Source of the DNA: Hydrolagus colliei
Lineage: Eukaryota
Assembly (NCBI GenBank): GCA_035084275.1
Contig: CM068769.1
Span: 3,348,001-3,412,000 of the forward strand
Direction of reading: 5' to 3'
Length of the DNA: 64,000 nucleotides
Made by a program: the position numbers and the translations under genes. Shown in pieces: positions 1 through 13,064 of the stretch (the first letter of the stretch is position 1; each line of letters opens with the position of its first letter). The notes beneath the pieces were generated by a model. That model was not told where the DNA came from. It ran no database searches and saw only the letters and a list, made by a program, of their open reading frames with translations.

Positions 1-300
1 ACGAATTAACAGGAAGGTACTTCGGCCTGGTTTCAAATTGGGAAGAGAGAGATCAAGGCGGAGGGATTGAGGGAGACTGTCAGGGAGTATTGGTTTATGA
101 AGTCACGAACACTAATGGTGGAGCAGAAGGGACAAGACACAAACAGGAATCTGGAGCCAGCCGAGCGCAGGGAAAGTAGCTACTGGAGGGTGGGGGGGTT
201 GTGATAAGCTAAACGGAACAGGCTCATAATGGGCTGTATGGCCTCCTCGTGTACATATATTTTGCTGATCATGACTGGTGCTGAGGCTGATATTCATTAC

Positions 301-3300
301 CTTGTTTGCGATTGTTGGTGATCTTTCTGACAGCCACAATGAGTATCCCAAGGAGCAGAAGAAACGCTATGTTTAGAATAGCATAAAGTCACTCCCTGTT
401 TTCTAGACTTGTTGGAGGTTCTGAGGAACGCAAAGAAATGATAAGCACATTATAAGAGTACCCTAAATTACTGCCGTCGTTGGAGCTGCGAATAATCGGC
501 GGTATTTTTGACGGCAACAATCACGTCAAATATAAAATTAATTAAAATTACATAAAAGAAACAATACTAAATGAGTCATTTCAATGCACGATTGTTTGTG
601 AGACATTGCTGTGCGCAACGTGCTGCTATATGGCCTCCACAAATACACATTCAATTCCCTTTGCAGTATTTTTCAGACGGCTAGAAAATGTGAAAATATC
701 CATATCGAATGCAAAGTTTGTTATTATTTACTTTCAAAAATAATAATTTGGCAACTGAATCCACTACTTTGTGTGATACACTGCTGCTCTCAATTAGATT
801 GCCATTCTGCACCACAAACTAGAGTGAATTTGCATTGAATTATATATTGTGAAGTGCTGTGAGATGACTCGAAGATGTGATCTGCACTAGGTTAATTTCA
901 ATGATCGTTGTTATTGTCATAAGTTTATGTTCAGTATCAGTAAAAAAAATAACCCTTTGAATTGAGGCAGTGACGGCATATGAACAAGACTGATCAATTG
1001 TCTTCATTCATGGGGCTTGTTCAGCACATTCCCTTGACCCAAAGCCGAGATAGATTATGTAGAGAAAGGAGGAAGCCTGGGATTGTTCTTCTGAGAGCAG
1101 AGAAGGTTGACAAGACATTGGCTAGCCTTCTGGTTCTCTAACATGTATAACGGGCGCTGGATAAATGCAAGTTATTATTGTTTCAATACGCTTCGCAGTA
1201 ACATGTGGTGACCGTGTATTTTGTGTGCAAAACATGGCAGCTAATTATCCACAGCAATGTCCCACCAAAGCTGTGGACTGAGTGACCAAATTATTTTGAA
1301 ATGAAACTATTTCCAAAGGTTTATTACTGCGCGACAAATATTCCAAGAATCGACTATAAAGCGCATTTCTACTTGCTGCAAGATAAACAGATGCGTGTGT
1401 TTAAAAAGGAATCCTGCCCAGCATTTTGCACTGTCCCACCCGCGAACAAAACCCGGGTCGTCTCGTTTGTGAGATGAGCGCTCCAACAACTGAGCTGCAG
1501 GAAAACATGTGGATGGTGAAAGGCGAACTGGATGGACCGTGGTATGCTATCTACTGGCAATTTCGGATAGAGAAGAAAAACTAGGAGCTGGCAGAGTCAA
1601 TAACCATGTGGCTGGTTACCTGTGTGATATAATGCAGTTTGATTTCCAGTGTGTTCAGTGGAGTTGAGCAGAATACAAGTGCAGACAGAGCCGTAGCTCA
1701 AAGCTCCATTGAAATGTTGATCTGACTCCTGACGCTGTAGGTCCCATCTGGTTCTGTGATACCCGAATCAGTCAGGCCCTCCATACTTTTTCCCGTGGAT
1801 GGGAGAGGCACGTGGGGTCAGTCCACTGACCACACAGATCAATGAGACTGTATCCAATGACAGGATCTCATCCGATGGAGAGATAAAATATATACGCTGG
1901 GGGGACCGGCTGAGACCAGGGAACAAAAAACATTCCATTCAACAAGACAACAGCAACACTTTACAAGAACAACGATATCACATTTGTTTATTGCCTTTCA
2001 CATCAGGAGGACATTTACAAAGCGCACACAGATCCGCATAATTGTTCATTAAGCTACTTGGAGTGAACTAAAAATAATCCTTGCGTTTCATACAAAGCCT
2101 GGTCTCGTCTGCAAGGCGGCTCAATGCACTTGACATGATACAAACCATAGGCGTAGTAACTGGGTATTGCTGCGAGAATCGTGGCAGTGAATTGCTCACA
2201 GCAGTGTGCAACAAACAGTCGTGGATGTTGCGACCTTTTTCTTACTTTTTGATTTTTGAGAGAATATTAACGCTGAAAAAGGTAATCCAGCAATGGATTA
2301 ACAACTGTTTACCTTCTTACTGCTCGTAAACAGAGTAAGGAAACTTAACCAATGTTTCGCCTGCTCTTGCCTGAAAATTGCGCTCCGTTAGTCTAGTTTG
2401 CAAATCGAATGCTGTATCTTTAGGCTCTATGCCCAAAACAGACTGTGGATTATGGCCGTATTCATTACAGATGACAAGACTGGAGTGGAGAAATCTGTTG
2501 TAGGTCAGGGTATCAAGGGGGTTGGGGCAAATGCAGGCAATTGTATTTAAGATAAAGGTTCAGTCGCGATCTTACAGAATGACCAGAGAGGCTCACGGAG
2601 CTGCAAGCCCTCCTTCTCTTTGTACGTTCTTAAATTCCTATTGTGTCCAATGCAAAAAACATTCGCCTCACAAGCGAGAGGACCTGAGTTCGCTTCTCGT
2701 CAGGACAAAATATCAGACAAGTTCTCTTGGATCGCTTCGCCATTGTTTGTAATTTAATCAAAAACAACAATAATAATAATAAATTCGTCACTCAGTTTGT
2801 AGGACGCTGCTGTTCGTAATTGGCTGCCGCGTTTTGCTAACAAAATATACAATCAAATCGCAATATCATGTGAAGTGCAGTGAGATGTCTTGAAGACACA
2901 GACAGGTGCTTTTTCATGTGTAAGATTGCGTGATTCTTACACCTAAAATTGTTTTTGTTGAAACTTACCTGCTATTATGACCTCGGAGCCATTCCCAAAT
3001 ACAATGGTTCCACTTGTATAATTTCTAGCAGAACAGTAATATGTCCCCGAATCTTTTCTCTGAACATTTTCAATGATGAAAGTTTGATGATAACGTTCAG
3101 TTTTGTTCGCCTTCTGTATCCCATTTGGAGAAGTTTCTGATACTGTATAGACCCTTTTTAGCTTCTCCTTGTGTCTCTGTGTGTACCATCTAACAGCATT
3201 GCTCAGTGAGTGCATGCTGCCGTAGCAATGAATCTTCACAGTGTTCCCAACCGCCAATATCTGCAGTGCTGGAGTCTGCTCCAAAGCCATCCGCGGTACC

Positions 3301-3864
3301 ACAACTGAAACAAAGTTAAATATTGAGCCGGATTACAGCCAATTCATTGATTCAAGGAAATAAATTGTTTGTGAACAGTTAGCAGTAATAAGAAATATTA
3401 ATATTGCCTGTGAGCCAAGGCAACCCACTTCCCGATTATAATAACAGCAGTATTTATCATGATGTCTTCGAAACGACTCAAAGCTACTCACAGAATATAC
3501 TATCAAGTGAATTGTCTGTAAATATTCTGTGGGCTGTCGAGTTTACCCTCAATCCAATTGACAGTATATATTGGTTACAAAAATGAAGCGCCTTTTGATG
3601 TATTGTAGACGGGCTGAGGCGCTGTGTCAACTGCAAGATATATTATCGTTATCCCCCAGTTAAAATTCCTTGTTCACTTCATTGCTATCCTTTGGATAGA
3701 TATTGTGTGACAACAAAGTAAACATCCACTAAATTGTACAATAAACCCTTCAAATGGCATTGAGATTCCTCCACACAAAATCCTGCAATTATTATTTTGA
3801 CTGGCCAATCTGATGAGAATATTAGGGTCTAACCTTGAAGAAGATGAAATAGCGCACAAACCAT
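301..3864 (-). pseudogene. Non-rearranging VJ-C1-TM IgSF gene A (antigen-receptor-like), disabled in its C1 and TM exons
   Basis: Candidate leader 3834-3864 (MVCALFHLLQ, weak GTTAGA donor). V exon 2969-3304 is open, with C...WY...DSGTYYC...FGNG in one exon and phase-1 AG/GT ends. C1 exon 1620-1909 (GPPSVYIL/SPSDEILSLDTVSLICVVSGL/DGTYSVRSQINIS/GSVCTCIL) needs three frameshifts and lacks the core Trp. TM exon 301-420 has an in-frame TGA at 389-391 before LYAILNIAFLLLLGILIVAV. Confidence 0.85.
2969..3304 (-). CDS. Intact V-set exon with germline-joined J motif (FGNG), gene A
   Basis: ORF 2943..3302: TVKIHC, VRWYTQ, VQRKDSGTYYC, IVFGNGSEVIIA. Acceptor TTTCAG lies just upstream of 3304 and donor GTAAGT directly follows 2969. 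Confidence 0.93.
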
Positions 3865-4782
3865 TAATAACCTTATTGTGTGTGTGGATCTGAACTGATT
3901 GTCAGTGTCTCAAAACTTTCCGCTCGTTAAGAACAATACAATTATGGTTAGTTTGGGGGTTGGATATTTTGACGTACAGAGCGAGATTGGAAAACCGCAT
4001 GTTTATTAATAACTTCAGAATAAGCACAAGTACATTGTTTCAGGCAATACATGTTTTTGTGGTTTTCCTGTTTGTGTATTGAGCGCCCACTTGTACGCTA
4101 TGGTCTGTAAATGGCATCCAATCAGATTACTTTTTTCCCTCTCACCTCCAAACAGCGAGCGAGATGTGCATATGAATCGGAGATTGATGCAGTGACCAAT
4201 TCAACGACACATCGAGTGTGGTCTGAATGTGGTCAAATTCCTTCCAGTCAGTCAATTGCAATAACAGCAATATACGAATCTGGTTATTCAAACCATGGCA
4301 TTTGTGGGACGTCAATGTGCGCAATTGGCTGCTGCATTGCGACCACTAATTACATTCAATCCACGTTAAATTATTTTCTGTAAAGTGCTTTGCAACATCT
4401 TAATCAAACGATAAGGCTCTGTGTTGAAAACAATAACTATTATTATCTTTATGTTTGAGAATGCAGGCATTGACGCTCAAGTGATTTGCAATTTCATTTT
4501 CCATTAATTGATAGACAAACTGTCAAACACGATAATTGCAATTAACACTTATTATCTACAACAGAGAATGAGGCTTGACTAGAGTTTGAGACTACCTGAA
4601 GATGGATCACTCGAAGAAACCCATTGGATTACCTGTTATGAGTTGAAATAAAAATAATTTTCCGTTTACAACATGTAACTGTGTGTTTTAGTAACATAAC
4701 CCTCTCCAGAACATTGACACAACTAAACATCTTCAGAATCGTAGATGAAGAGAAGAAGACTTCAGAACCAATAAGAAGATTT

Positions 4783-7700
4783 AGATTCATAGATTCATAG
4801 AATTTTACGGCACAAAATGAGGCCATTCGGCCCATCTAGTCTGTGCCGGCTCTTTGAAAAGAACGATTCAATCCCACTGCCCTGCCCGCTCCCCATAGCC
4901 TAATAGACCTGTTCTCCCTAAATAAAGATCTAATTCCCTTTTAAAAGTTGTAATCGAATCAGCCTCCACCACCTTTTCAGGCAATGCATTCCAGATTCGA
5001 ACAACTCGCTGAGTGAAAAAAATTATCCTCAGCTACCCTCTACTTCGCCTTGAAACTATTTTAAATCTGTGACCACGAGTCACAGATTCGCCCACGAGTG
5101 GAAATAGTTTTTCTCTATTTGCCCTTTCGAAACCCCTCATGATCTTATAAACCTCTATTAGGTCTCCCCTCAATCTTCTCTGCTCCAGAGAGAACAACCC
5201 TAGCCTATCTAGGTTCTCCTCATAGCTGAAGTCCCTCAATCTTGGCACCATCCTAGTAAGTCTTCTTTGTACCCTTTCCAATGTCTTCACATCCTTTCTG
5301 TAGTGTGGTGACCGGAATTGAACACAGAATTCCGGCTGAGGCCACACCAAAGTCTTATAGAGGTTAGTCAGCACTTCCTGACTTTTGTACTCTATAACCC
5401 TATTTATAAAGCCTAGTATCCCATATGCCTTCTTAACAGCCTTGCCTACCTGTCCTGCCACCTTCAACGAGTCACTAACACAAATCCCCAGGTCTCTCTG
5501 TTCCTTCACACCATTTAAAATTGCACCATCTAGCCTATATTGCCTCCCTTAATTTTATCTCCCAAAATGCATCACCTCACACTTCTCTGCATTAAACTTC
5601 ATCTTCCATGTGTCTGCCCACTTTACCAATTTGTCTATATCCTCTTGCAGATGGCTACTATCCTCCTCACTATTTACTATTCTCCCTAACCTAGTGTCAT
5701 CTGCAAACTTGGAAACTGTACTCCGTACACACTAGTCCACATCATTGATGTAGATTACAAAGCGCAATGGTCCCAAAACTGATCCCTGTGGCACACCACT
5801 GCTCACTTCCCTCCAGTCTGAAAAACAGCCGCTCACTACAACTCTCTGCTTTCTGTCTCGCAGCCAGTTGTGGATCCACGCTGCCACTGTCCCTTTTACG
5901 CCATGTGCCTTTAATTTCCTAATAAGTCTCCCATGTGGCACTTTGTCAAATGCCTTTTCAGCGCCTTGGGACGTCCTCCCGACGTGAAAGGCGCTATATA
6001 AATGTAAATTGTTGTTGTTGTTGTTGAAAGTCTATGTAAACTACATCAACTGCGCTAGCATTATGCACCCATTCCGCTACCTCATCAAAAAATTCTATCA
6101 GATTTGTATGGCAAGATTTGCTTTTAACAAATCCATGTTGACTGTCCTTTATTAGCCTATATCTTTCTAAGTGAAGATCTACCTTGTCCCTGATTATGGA
6201 CTCTAGAAGTTTGCCCACTACCGACGTTAGACTGACTGGTCTGTAGTTATCAGGCTTGTCCTTCTGCCCCTTTTTATACAAGAGAGTAACATTAGCTATC
6301 CTCCAGTCCTCTGGCACGAACCCTGTGTCCAAGGAAGATTGAAAGATCTTGGCCAGAGTCCCTGTTATTTGCTCCCGTGCCTCCCTTAGTAACCTAGGAT
6401 GCATCCCATCCGGATCAGGTGACTTATCCACCTTGAGTGACTTCAACCTTTTTAGAACTTCCTCTCAGGGTATAATTATTCTGTCCATTTCTCCTACCCT
6501 CTCCTCCAATACCATGGCATTGGCTGTATCCTTTTCGTTTGTGAAGACAGAGGCGAAGTACTCATTCAGTACATCAGCCATGCCTTCTGCCTCCACAATG
6601 AGATTTCCTCCTAGGTCCCCAATTGTCCCCACCCTATCCTTGACCAAAGTTTTACTCTTAATATATTCGTAACAAACCTTAGGGTTCCCCTTAATCTTAC
6701 TCGCTAATTGTTTCTCATGCAGTCTCCTTGCCCCTCTAACTTCCTTTTTTAGTTCTATCCTACACTTCCTATATTCTGCTTGGTTCCCTTCTGAATTTTG
6801 AGCCTGACACTTATCATAAGCCTATTTTTTGGGGTTTATTTTGACCCCGATTTCCTTAGTCATCCAGGGAGGTTTGGATGCCTTACATTTCACCTTTGTG
6901 GGGATGCTTTTGACCTGTGCCTGAACTATCTCCTCTTTGAACACTGCCCACTGCTCGTTAGTTGTCTTACCTGCCAATTTTTCTTTCCAATCCACCTTGG
7001 CTAGGTCCCACCTCAACTCATTGAAATTAGCACTATTCCAGTTGAGTGTCCTCACCTGTGATCGTTCCTTATCCCTTTCCATAATGATTCTGAATCTAAC
7101 GATATTGTGGTCACTATTCCCTAGATGCTCACCTCCAGAAACCTGTTGAACTTGCCCTACCTCATTTCCCAAAACTAGATCCAGCAATGCTTCTTTCCGC
7201 GTTGGACTTGAAACATACTGATCAAGAAAGTTGTCCTGCACACACTTCAGGAATTCATCTCCCTCCGTGCCCTTTACTCTACTATTCTGCCAGTCTATGT
7301 TGGGATAGTTGAAGTCACCCATTATCACTACTCTATTAGCTCTGCATTTCTCCGTGATACGCTTGCAGATCTGATTGTCTATCTCCTCCCCACTATTTGG
7401 TGGTCTATAGTATACCCCTAACAGTGTAACTGCACCTTTTTTATTCCTAATTTCTAACCAGATAGATTCCGTTTTTAGTCCTTCTTCCATCTCGTTCCTT
7501 TCTAAGGCAGTCACTGAGTCCTTAACTAAAATTGCCACCACGCCCCCTTTTCTCCGTTCACTATCCCTCCTGAATACATTATAACCAGGAATGTTCAACT
7601 CCCATTCCTGCCCATGCTTGAGCCAAGTCTCTGTTACTGCTACAACATCATATCGCCTCGCAGCAACCTGAGCCTGCAGCTCACCAATTTTATTTCTCAA

Positions 7701-7800
7701 ACTTTGTGCATTTACGTACATGCACTCTAAGGCACAAATTACTTTCTCTGCACGTTTCTCCCGTCTTACCCTTACCCCTGTCCTCTTTGTTACCCCTCCC
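4783..7800 (-). mobile_element. CR1-clade LINE, 5'-truncated, near-complete but broken ORF2 (APE endonuclease + RT)
   Basis: ORF 6822..7838 is the endonuclease (YVNAQSLRNK, VTETW, MGDFN, SDH). ORFs 5994..6446, 5732..5941 and 5033..5509 are RT and C-terminal pieces ([21 protein letters not shown]). A (CTATGAAT)n-type tail lies at about 4783-4805. Confidence 0.93.
5960..6026 (+). mobile_element. Short L2/SINE 3' tail nested inside the CR1 RT
   Basis: gcgccttgggacgtcc...aaaggcgctatataaatgtaaa(ttg)n splits the CR1 motif YIDFQ|KAFDKV. Confidence 0.75.
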
Positions 7801-8952
7801 GTAACCCTCCTACCTACACCACTTCTCCAGCCATGCATTGATGTGCCTTATCCTAGCATTCTGGAACTGGCTTGCTCGAGGCACTGGAAGCAACCCAGAG
7901 ATCACCACTCTCGAAGTTTATTTAATTAATTGATTTAATTATTTTGAATGCTCTCCCATTATCCTGAGATTTTCTCTCCGATGAATTGCTGAGGTTTAAG
8001 TATTTTGCTATTTTGATTGCAAGGAAACATAAACATCCCAAATTGACATCCCTGTGTTGAATGTAAATATTATAATTAAGCCAATTTACTTTGCTGCCTT
8101 ATGTGGTATATTTCATTAATGATTGAAAGTAATTAACTTTCACATATAGTCACAATATTTCTGGGGCTTCAATACTGAGTTGAGTGCATTTTAAAATCAT
8201 CAGTTTAGGGAAGAAAATAAACACCTAAATTTCGTGAAGACTGTCTAGCTTGAAACAATAAAATTACAGCACGCTACAAACCTTGATTGCAATTATGAGT
8301 AGCTAAAGTGAAGTCGTGGAGATCAGTGTGAGAGGATCTGTGTTGGAATCCTTGTCGAGAAGGTTGGCACATTTCCTTATTCCACATACTATTTAGCTAA
8401 TGTTCAATAGAAACCGAATTATAATTCCATTCGTGTATTGTTACGGTGCTTCTAATCCACTTAATAATGGTGTTAATTATCATAATAATTTGGTCACTCA
8501 ATGGAAGGATGTTTTGGGGCCACTTCCATGCACAACTGGCTTGCGCTTTCGCCAACAAACTGTACAGTCAATCCACTTGCTAATATATTATTTGAGGCTG
8601 TCAAAGATGACTCGATGACGAGAAACACCGCTGTATCAACCAAAGGAAGTTTTATTATTGTTGTTGCAAATGCGAAGGTCACTGTAACGTTAAATGCAAG
8701 TGTGTACAATATTGGCCCGTATGTCCAAGGCGGGTTTCACTACGTCACAGAATGTATCACAATGATCACTGACTGCAAGGCAAGTCTGGCCACTGTGAGA
8801 GAGAGAGGTTGCAGTGAGGTGTTCTGGTCTGGGAACAGACACATAATGGATCTCTACCTGAATGGGCTAAAGAATACGTTCCCCCATTTCATCCACTAAC
8901 TCGCAAGTACCAAGTAACTCAGCAGCAAACTGGCCAGATCGCTTGATTCATC

Positions 8953-11900
8953 ATGTCGAATATATTGTCGTCAATGCTTCTCTCTGTCGTGCTGTCCTGG
9001 ATAAGCAGTAAGTTTAAACACGCGACTGGATCATTTAACTGGAGGTTGGCAGGGAACGATTTTCAGAGGAGCGATTATTTGGTACCATAAATTTAGACAA
9101 GGAAAGGCGTTTAGCAGAGGAAGAGAGTAAGAGAATACGGTAAATCTAGTGACAAGAAAAATTACAATGTTGCCTCAGGCACGTTTTGCCCCAAAATACT
9201 CATTTCATAGAGTTTTTTATTTTCAAAGCGGAATTACAGCAGGGAGGGGATTATAATCTGTTTTTCTCCCGCAATATTTATAATAAAAGTAATAATAACA
9301 ATCCTTACATTTGATCAGGCGACTGATCACATGTTCGAGAAGTCTCAGAGCGTTTCACATGTTACATTGTAAACTGCAGTGACAGTACGATTTTATCTCT
9401 TGTTTACCGTCTGGCTTGATGTACATTTTGTTTACTTAAAATCTCAGGGACGTTGCCATGGAGGAGCTTTATTTGAAATTAATTATTGTTGCCTAATTCA
9501 AGCCTCCTGCCTCTCCCGCCCCACCATTGACAATCTGGGCTTCAGACAATTTGGAATTCCATCCCGCATTCCCTTTGTGTCGCCCTTTACATTTGCCTCC
9601 TTTACTGTGCTTTCGGCAACCCTCCTATCCGGATCCTCGTGACCCTTCGCCACTCCTGATCCTAACCCCCAAGCTCGAGTGCGGATCCTAATAGTCCCAG
9701 CTATTTGTGACGTTCTACCTACATGAATATCATGATCTATGTAACTATAATTTTAGTATTATCTTGTTATTGTTGTTATTTCTGTCGTTAAACTCTAACT
9801 TCAATTAAACGGCGGTTTTTCCCATTCAGAAACGGAACCTATCGCGTCGCTATTCCCCTATCTTCGCATCGTCAAAGTCTGGGAGGATATTGAGGTGCTT
9901 TGCTACTCAAGCTACAAGATAGAATCTATGGATGGAGCTGTTTGGTACAAACAAACTGATGGCGAAGCACCACAGCTCATCGATACTCGATCCTGCAAAG
10001 GGTCGTCTTGTAGATTTAGTTCTGAAGCAGTCAAAGGAGCTTTTAAACTGAAAATCCTTGATGTGCAGAGAAATGATTCTGGCTCATACTATTGCTCTGA
10101 ACAATATAGCCACCTGCTATGGAACGCATCCACTCTACTTGTACGAGGTAAGAATTCCACTTTTTTTTATGATCTGACGCATTCCACCTACTCATGGATA
10201 TATCTCTCATTGGTTTATTGGTAAAACGAGATATACACTCTATCCCTCCCTTGAGGGCGGCACACTGCTCGCCGAACTCAAGAGAGTATTAAACGCATAT
10301 TGGCAATACCAAAAGCGTCGTGGAAGAGGGCGGTGGAGTGAGTACCCTTGCGGTGCGTTTCGATAATTTCTGAAACTACTCAGTGTGGCTTTTGAAAAAT
10401 TGACTGTCGTACAATCGCATCACCTCAGTACTTCTCTGGGCCCACTCTACTCCTTTCTAAAGACATTCCATTTGACTGATCCGTCAGCCACGCTCGCACA
10501 CGCAAGCGTCCTGCTCTCCAGTCCTCCTGACTGCTATTCCCATTTTAGGCCCATAAACTGTTGAATATGCAGTGCTCTGGGGCGCCCTCCTGGCTTGTAA
10601 CTTGCTGATGGTGAGAGCGCTGTCTGCAAGGATAAATAATACATAAGAATACTCATTCTGGGTGATGGTACAGCGCTATTCAATTCCTCTAGGCGTACAA
10701 AGCGCTTCACAGAATGTACTGTAACGTGAGATTACCGAAGCAAGGCAGCCAGTTGCGCACACAAGTATCCACAAACAGACGTGGATTGAAATCACCCAAT
10801 TTTTTTGGACGGCATAGTTTATGCGTGGAGAATAAGTCGACTTGCCCAAAGTTTCGCCCTGATCTGCCTGGATACGAAAACAGGTATCGCGCTCGTAATC
10901 CACTGGGCTAGAGGATTCCAGAGCTCCAGGCTTCTCATTCTCCCGGGTAAGATTAAAACTGAGACGGCGCACATTAATTTAGTCTCTTGTCTGTCTCCCA
11001 CATCAGAGAGTTCCACAGACCAGACTTCCTTGGAAATATTCGTGCCTCGTGTGCACCTGGATTCGGTTGAATCATTTCCCTTGGTGTGTTTGGTCAGCGG
11101 AGTGACCTCCAATATGGTTCCCGTGTTCTGGAATGTGTCAGGACAAGTGATGGCGGGAGCGAGTGAGCAAGGGACGTCCCAACCTGACTGGAATTACAGT
11201 GTGAGGAGTCAGATCCTCATCTCAAAGGACATCTGGATCAAAGGTGCCATGTGCACCTGTATTGTACAAGTGTCTCAAGATAATACTATGGAGAAGAGCG
11301 TGAGCTACCCAGAAACATGGCAAAATGGTGAGTTTACACATCAGTGATCTAAAAACTAGGTTAGTTAGTCTATGTAGCTCAGTAGTTACAGCACTAGCCA
11401 TGGGAGATCCCAGGTTCGTTTCCCGCACATGTCAGGGTGAAACGATGGACCTTTTCGTTACTGTGAGTCACGTCGCTCAGCGGTTAGAGAACTCGTCTTA
11501 CAAGCGTTAGACCTGTATTTGAATCCAGCCAGATCAGTGCGAAACTTGGGGGCAAGTTTCCTTACTCCACACACATGCCTAATAATAATCCCTCCAATAA
11601 AATCCACAGTAACAATATATGGTAATTTTCAATGCAAGACGTTTTGTGGGACGCTGCTTTCCGCAATTCGCTGCTGTGTTTCGCCCACAAATATATAGTT
11701 AAATCACTTCACAGTATAATTCGTGAAGCACTTTCCAACGTTGCTAAGATGTGATAAGCGCTACATTAAATCAAAGATTACTATTGTTACTCCACATACA
11801 CACGCACGTTGATCTCTGTTTACCAAGCAGTACGTCGGAACCCGCTTGATAATCAATTGTGGATTATTGTTCTGTGTAATAATACGTTGAAAAAATCTAT

Positions 11901-13064
11901 ATATAATTGAAAGTAAAGTTAGATTTCTTCGACCCAAGACTGTTTTTTTGGATGTCGCTATGCGCAATCGGCTGCCGAGTTTCACCAACAAAACACAGAC
12001 AAGCAAACTTACAGTGTATTCTGTGAATCGCTTTGAAGCCAATGGGAAATATGTTTTAACGGTGTATGAATTTGCAAAAGTTGTTAATAAAGCATACGTG
12101 GTTACGAGACTTGATAAATAGCGGTAGAGATTACAAAAGTCGGGAAGTTCTGATTGAATTGTAGAAAACCGTGGTTAAGTCTCAGCTAAAGTACTGCGTT
12201 CAATTCTTGTCACTACACTTTAGGAAGGATGTTAAGGTATTGGAAATGGTGCAGAGGAGATTTACCAGAATGGTGCCACGAACGAAGGACTTCAGATGCT
12301 AGGTTTATCCTCGTTGCAGTACATAAGTTTACAAGTAGACCTAATAGAGATTTTGAAGATCATGAGGGGATTCGATAGGGTAAAGAGGGAAAAACTAGTT
12401 CCACTGGTGGGCGTATCAGTGACGCGTGGTCACAGATGGAAAAAAGTTTCAAAAAGAAGCAAAGTGGAGGTGAGGACAATTTGTTTCACTCAGCAAGTTG
12501 TTCGAATCTGGAATTCATTGCTTGAACAGGTGGTGCAGACGGATTTTATAACAACTTTTAAAAGAGAGGTAGTCATTTATTTGGGGAGGGCGGGTTTGCG
12601 AGGTTATGGGGAGAGAACTGGGGAATGGGATTAAATTGCTGTTTCCAAAGAATCGATGGGCGGAACGGCCTTCTATTTTGCCATAGGAATTTACGATTGT
12701 ATGATTATTATTACTACTTTACAAACAAGTTTTTTAGATTTGTCGATGATGACACATAGGTGTTAATCCGCAGTAAATATGAATCCGCTTCTTAGTCGAT
12801 TTGTGGAACAATTGTTCATGGTGATACTCACTTCCACCAAAAAAGGTACAACTATTTGTGAGACAGTATCTGTGTGTCATGTTTGGCTGCCAGTAATGTG
12901 CCAATTGAAAGTAAGTGGATTATCTTTGTCTCACTATCTCATAGTGTCTCTCCGCACTGCTGATGAATACTTACTTCTAGTCATCATTCGCCTCGTTGCT
13001 CTGCTTCTCCTGTTTGTAATTCTGTTGATTGTCTTCGTCACACATTACAAATGCAAGCAGACAG
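8953..13064 (+). CDS. Non-rearranging V(J)-C1-TM IgSF gene B, open through the TM exon; cytoplasmic exon(s) not located
   Basis: Leader 8953-9007 (MSNILSSMLLSVVLSWIS, GTAAGT donor). V exon 9830-10147 (EVLC, VWYKQ, DVQRNDSGSYYC, LLWNASTLLVR). C1 exon 11007-11327 (PLVCLVSGV, VFWNV, YSVRSQILIS, GAMCTCIV). TM exon 12945-13064 (YLLLVIIRLVALLLLFVILLIVFV). All junctions are phase 1 GT-AG, giving 814 nt with no stop. Confidence 0.9.
12060..12700 (+). mobile_element. Degenerate CR1 3' fragment in the C1-TM intron of gene B
   Basis: ORF 12296..12634 resembles the CR1 ORF2 C-terminus (DLIE..KIMRGFDRV..TRGH). Confidence 0.8.

Noticed and set aside
3237-3243. CACAGTG heptamer inside the V exon of gene A as an RSS
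   Set aside because: No nonamer at 12 or 23 bp spacing, and it lies within framework-1 coding sequence.
8501-8899. 132-aa ORF upstream of gene B
   Set aside because: No recognisable domain or splice context; probably promoter-region sequence.
2969-11327. Calling the Ig genes TCR or IgL segments
   Set aside because: No RSS, no separate J or D segments, and each V is tied to its own C1 and TM exon.
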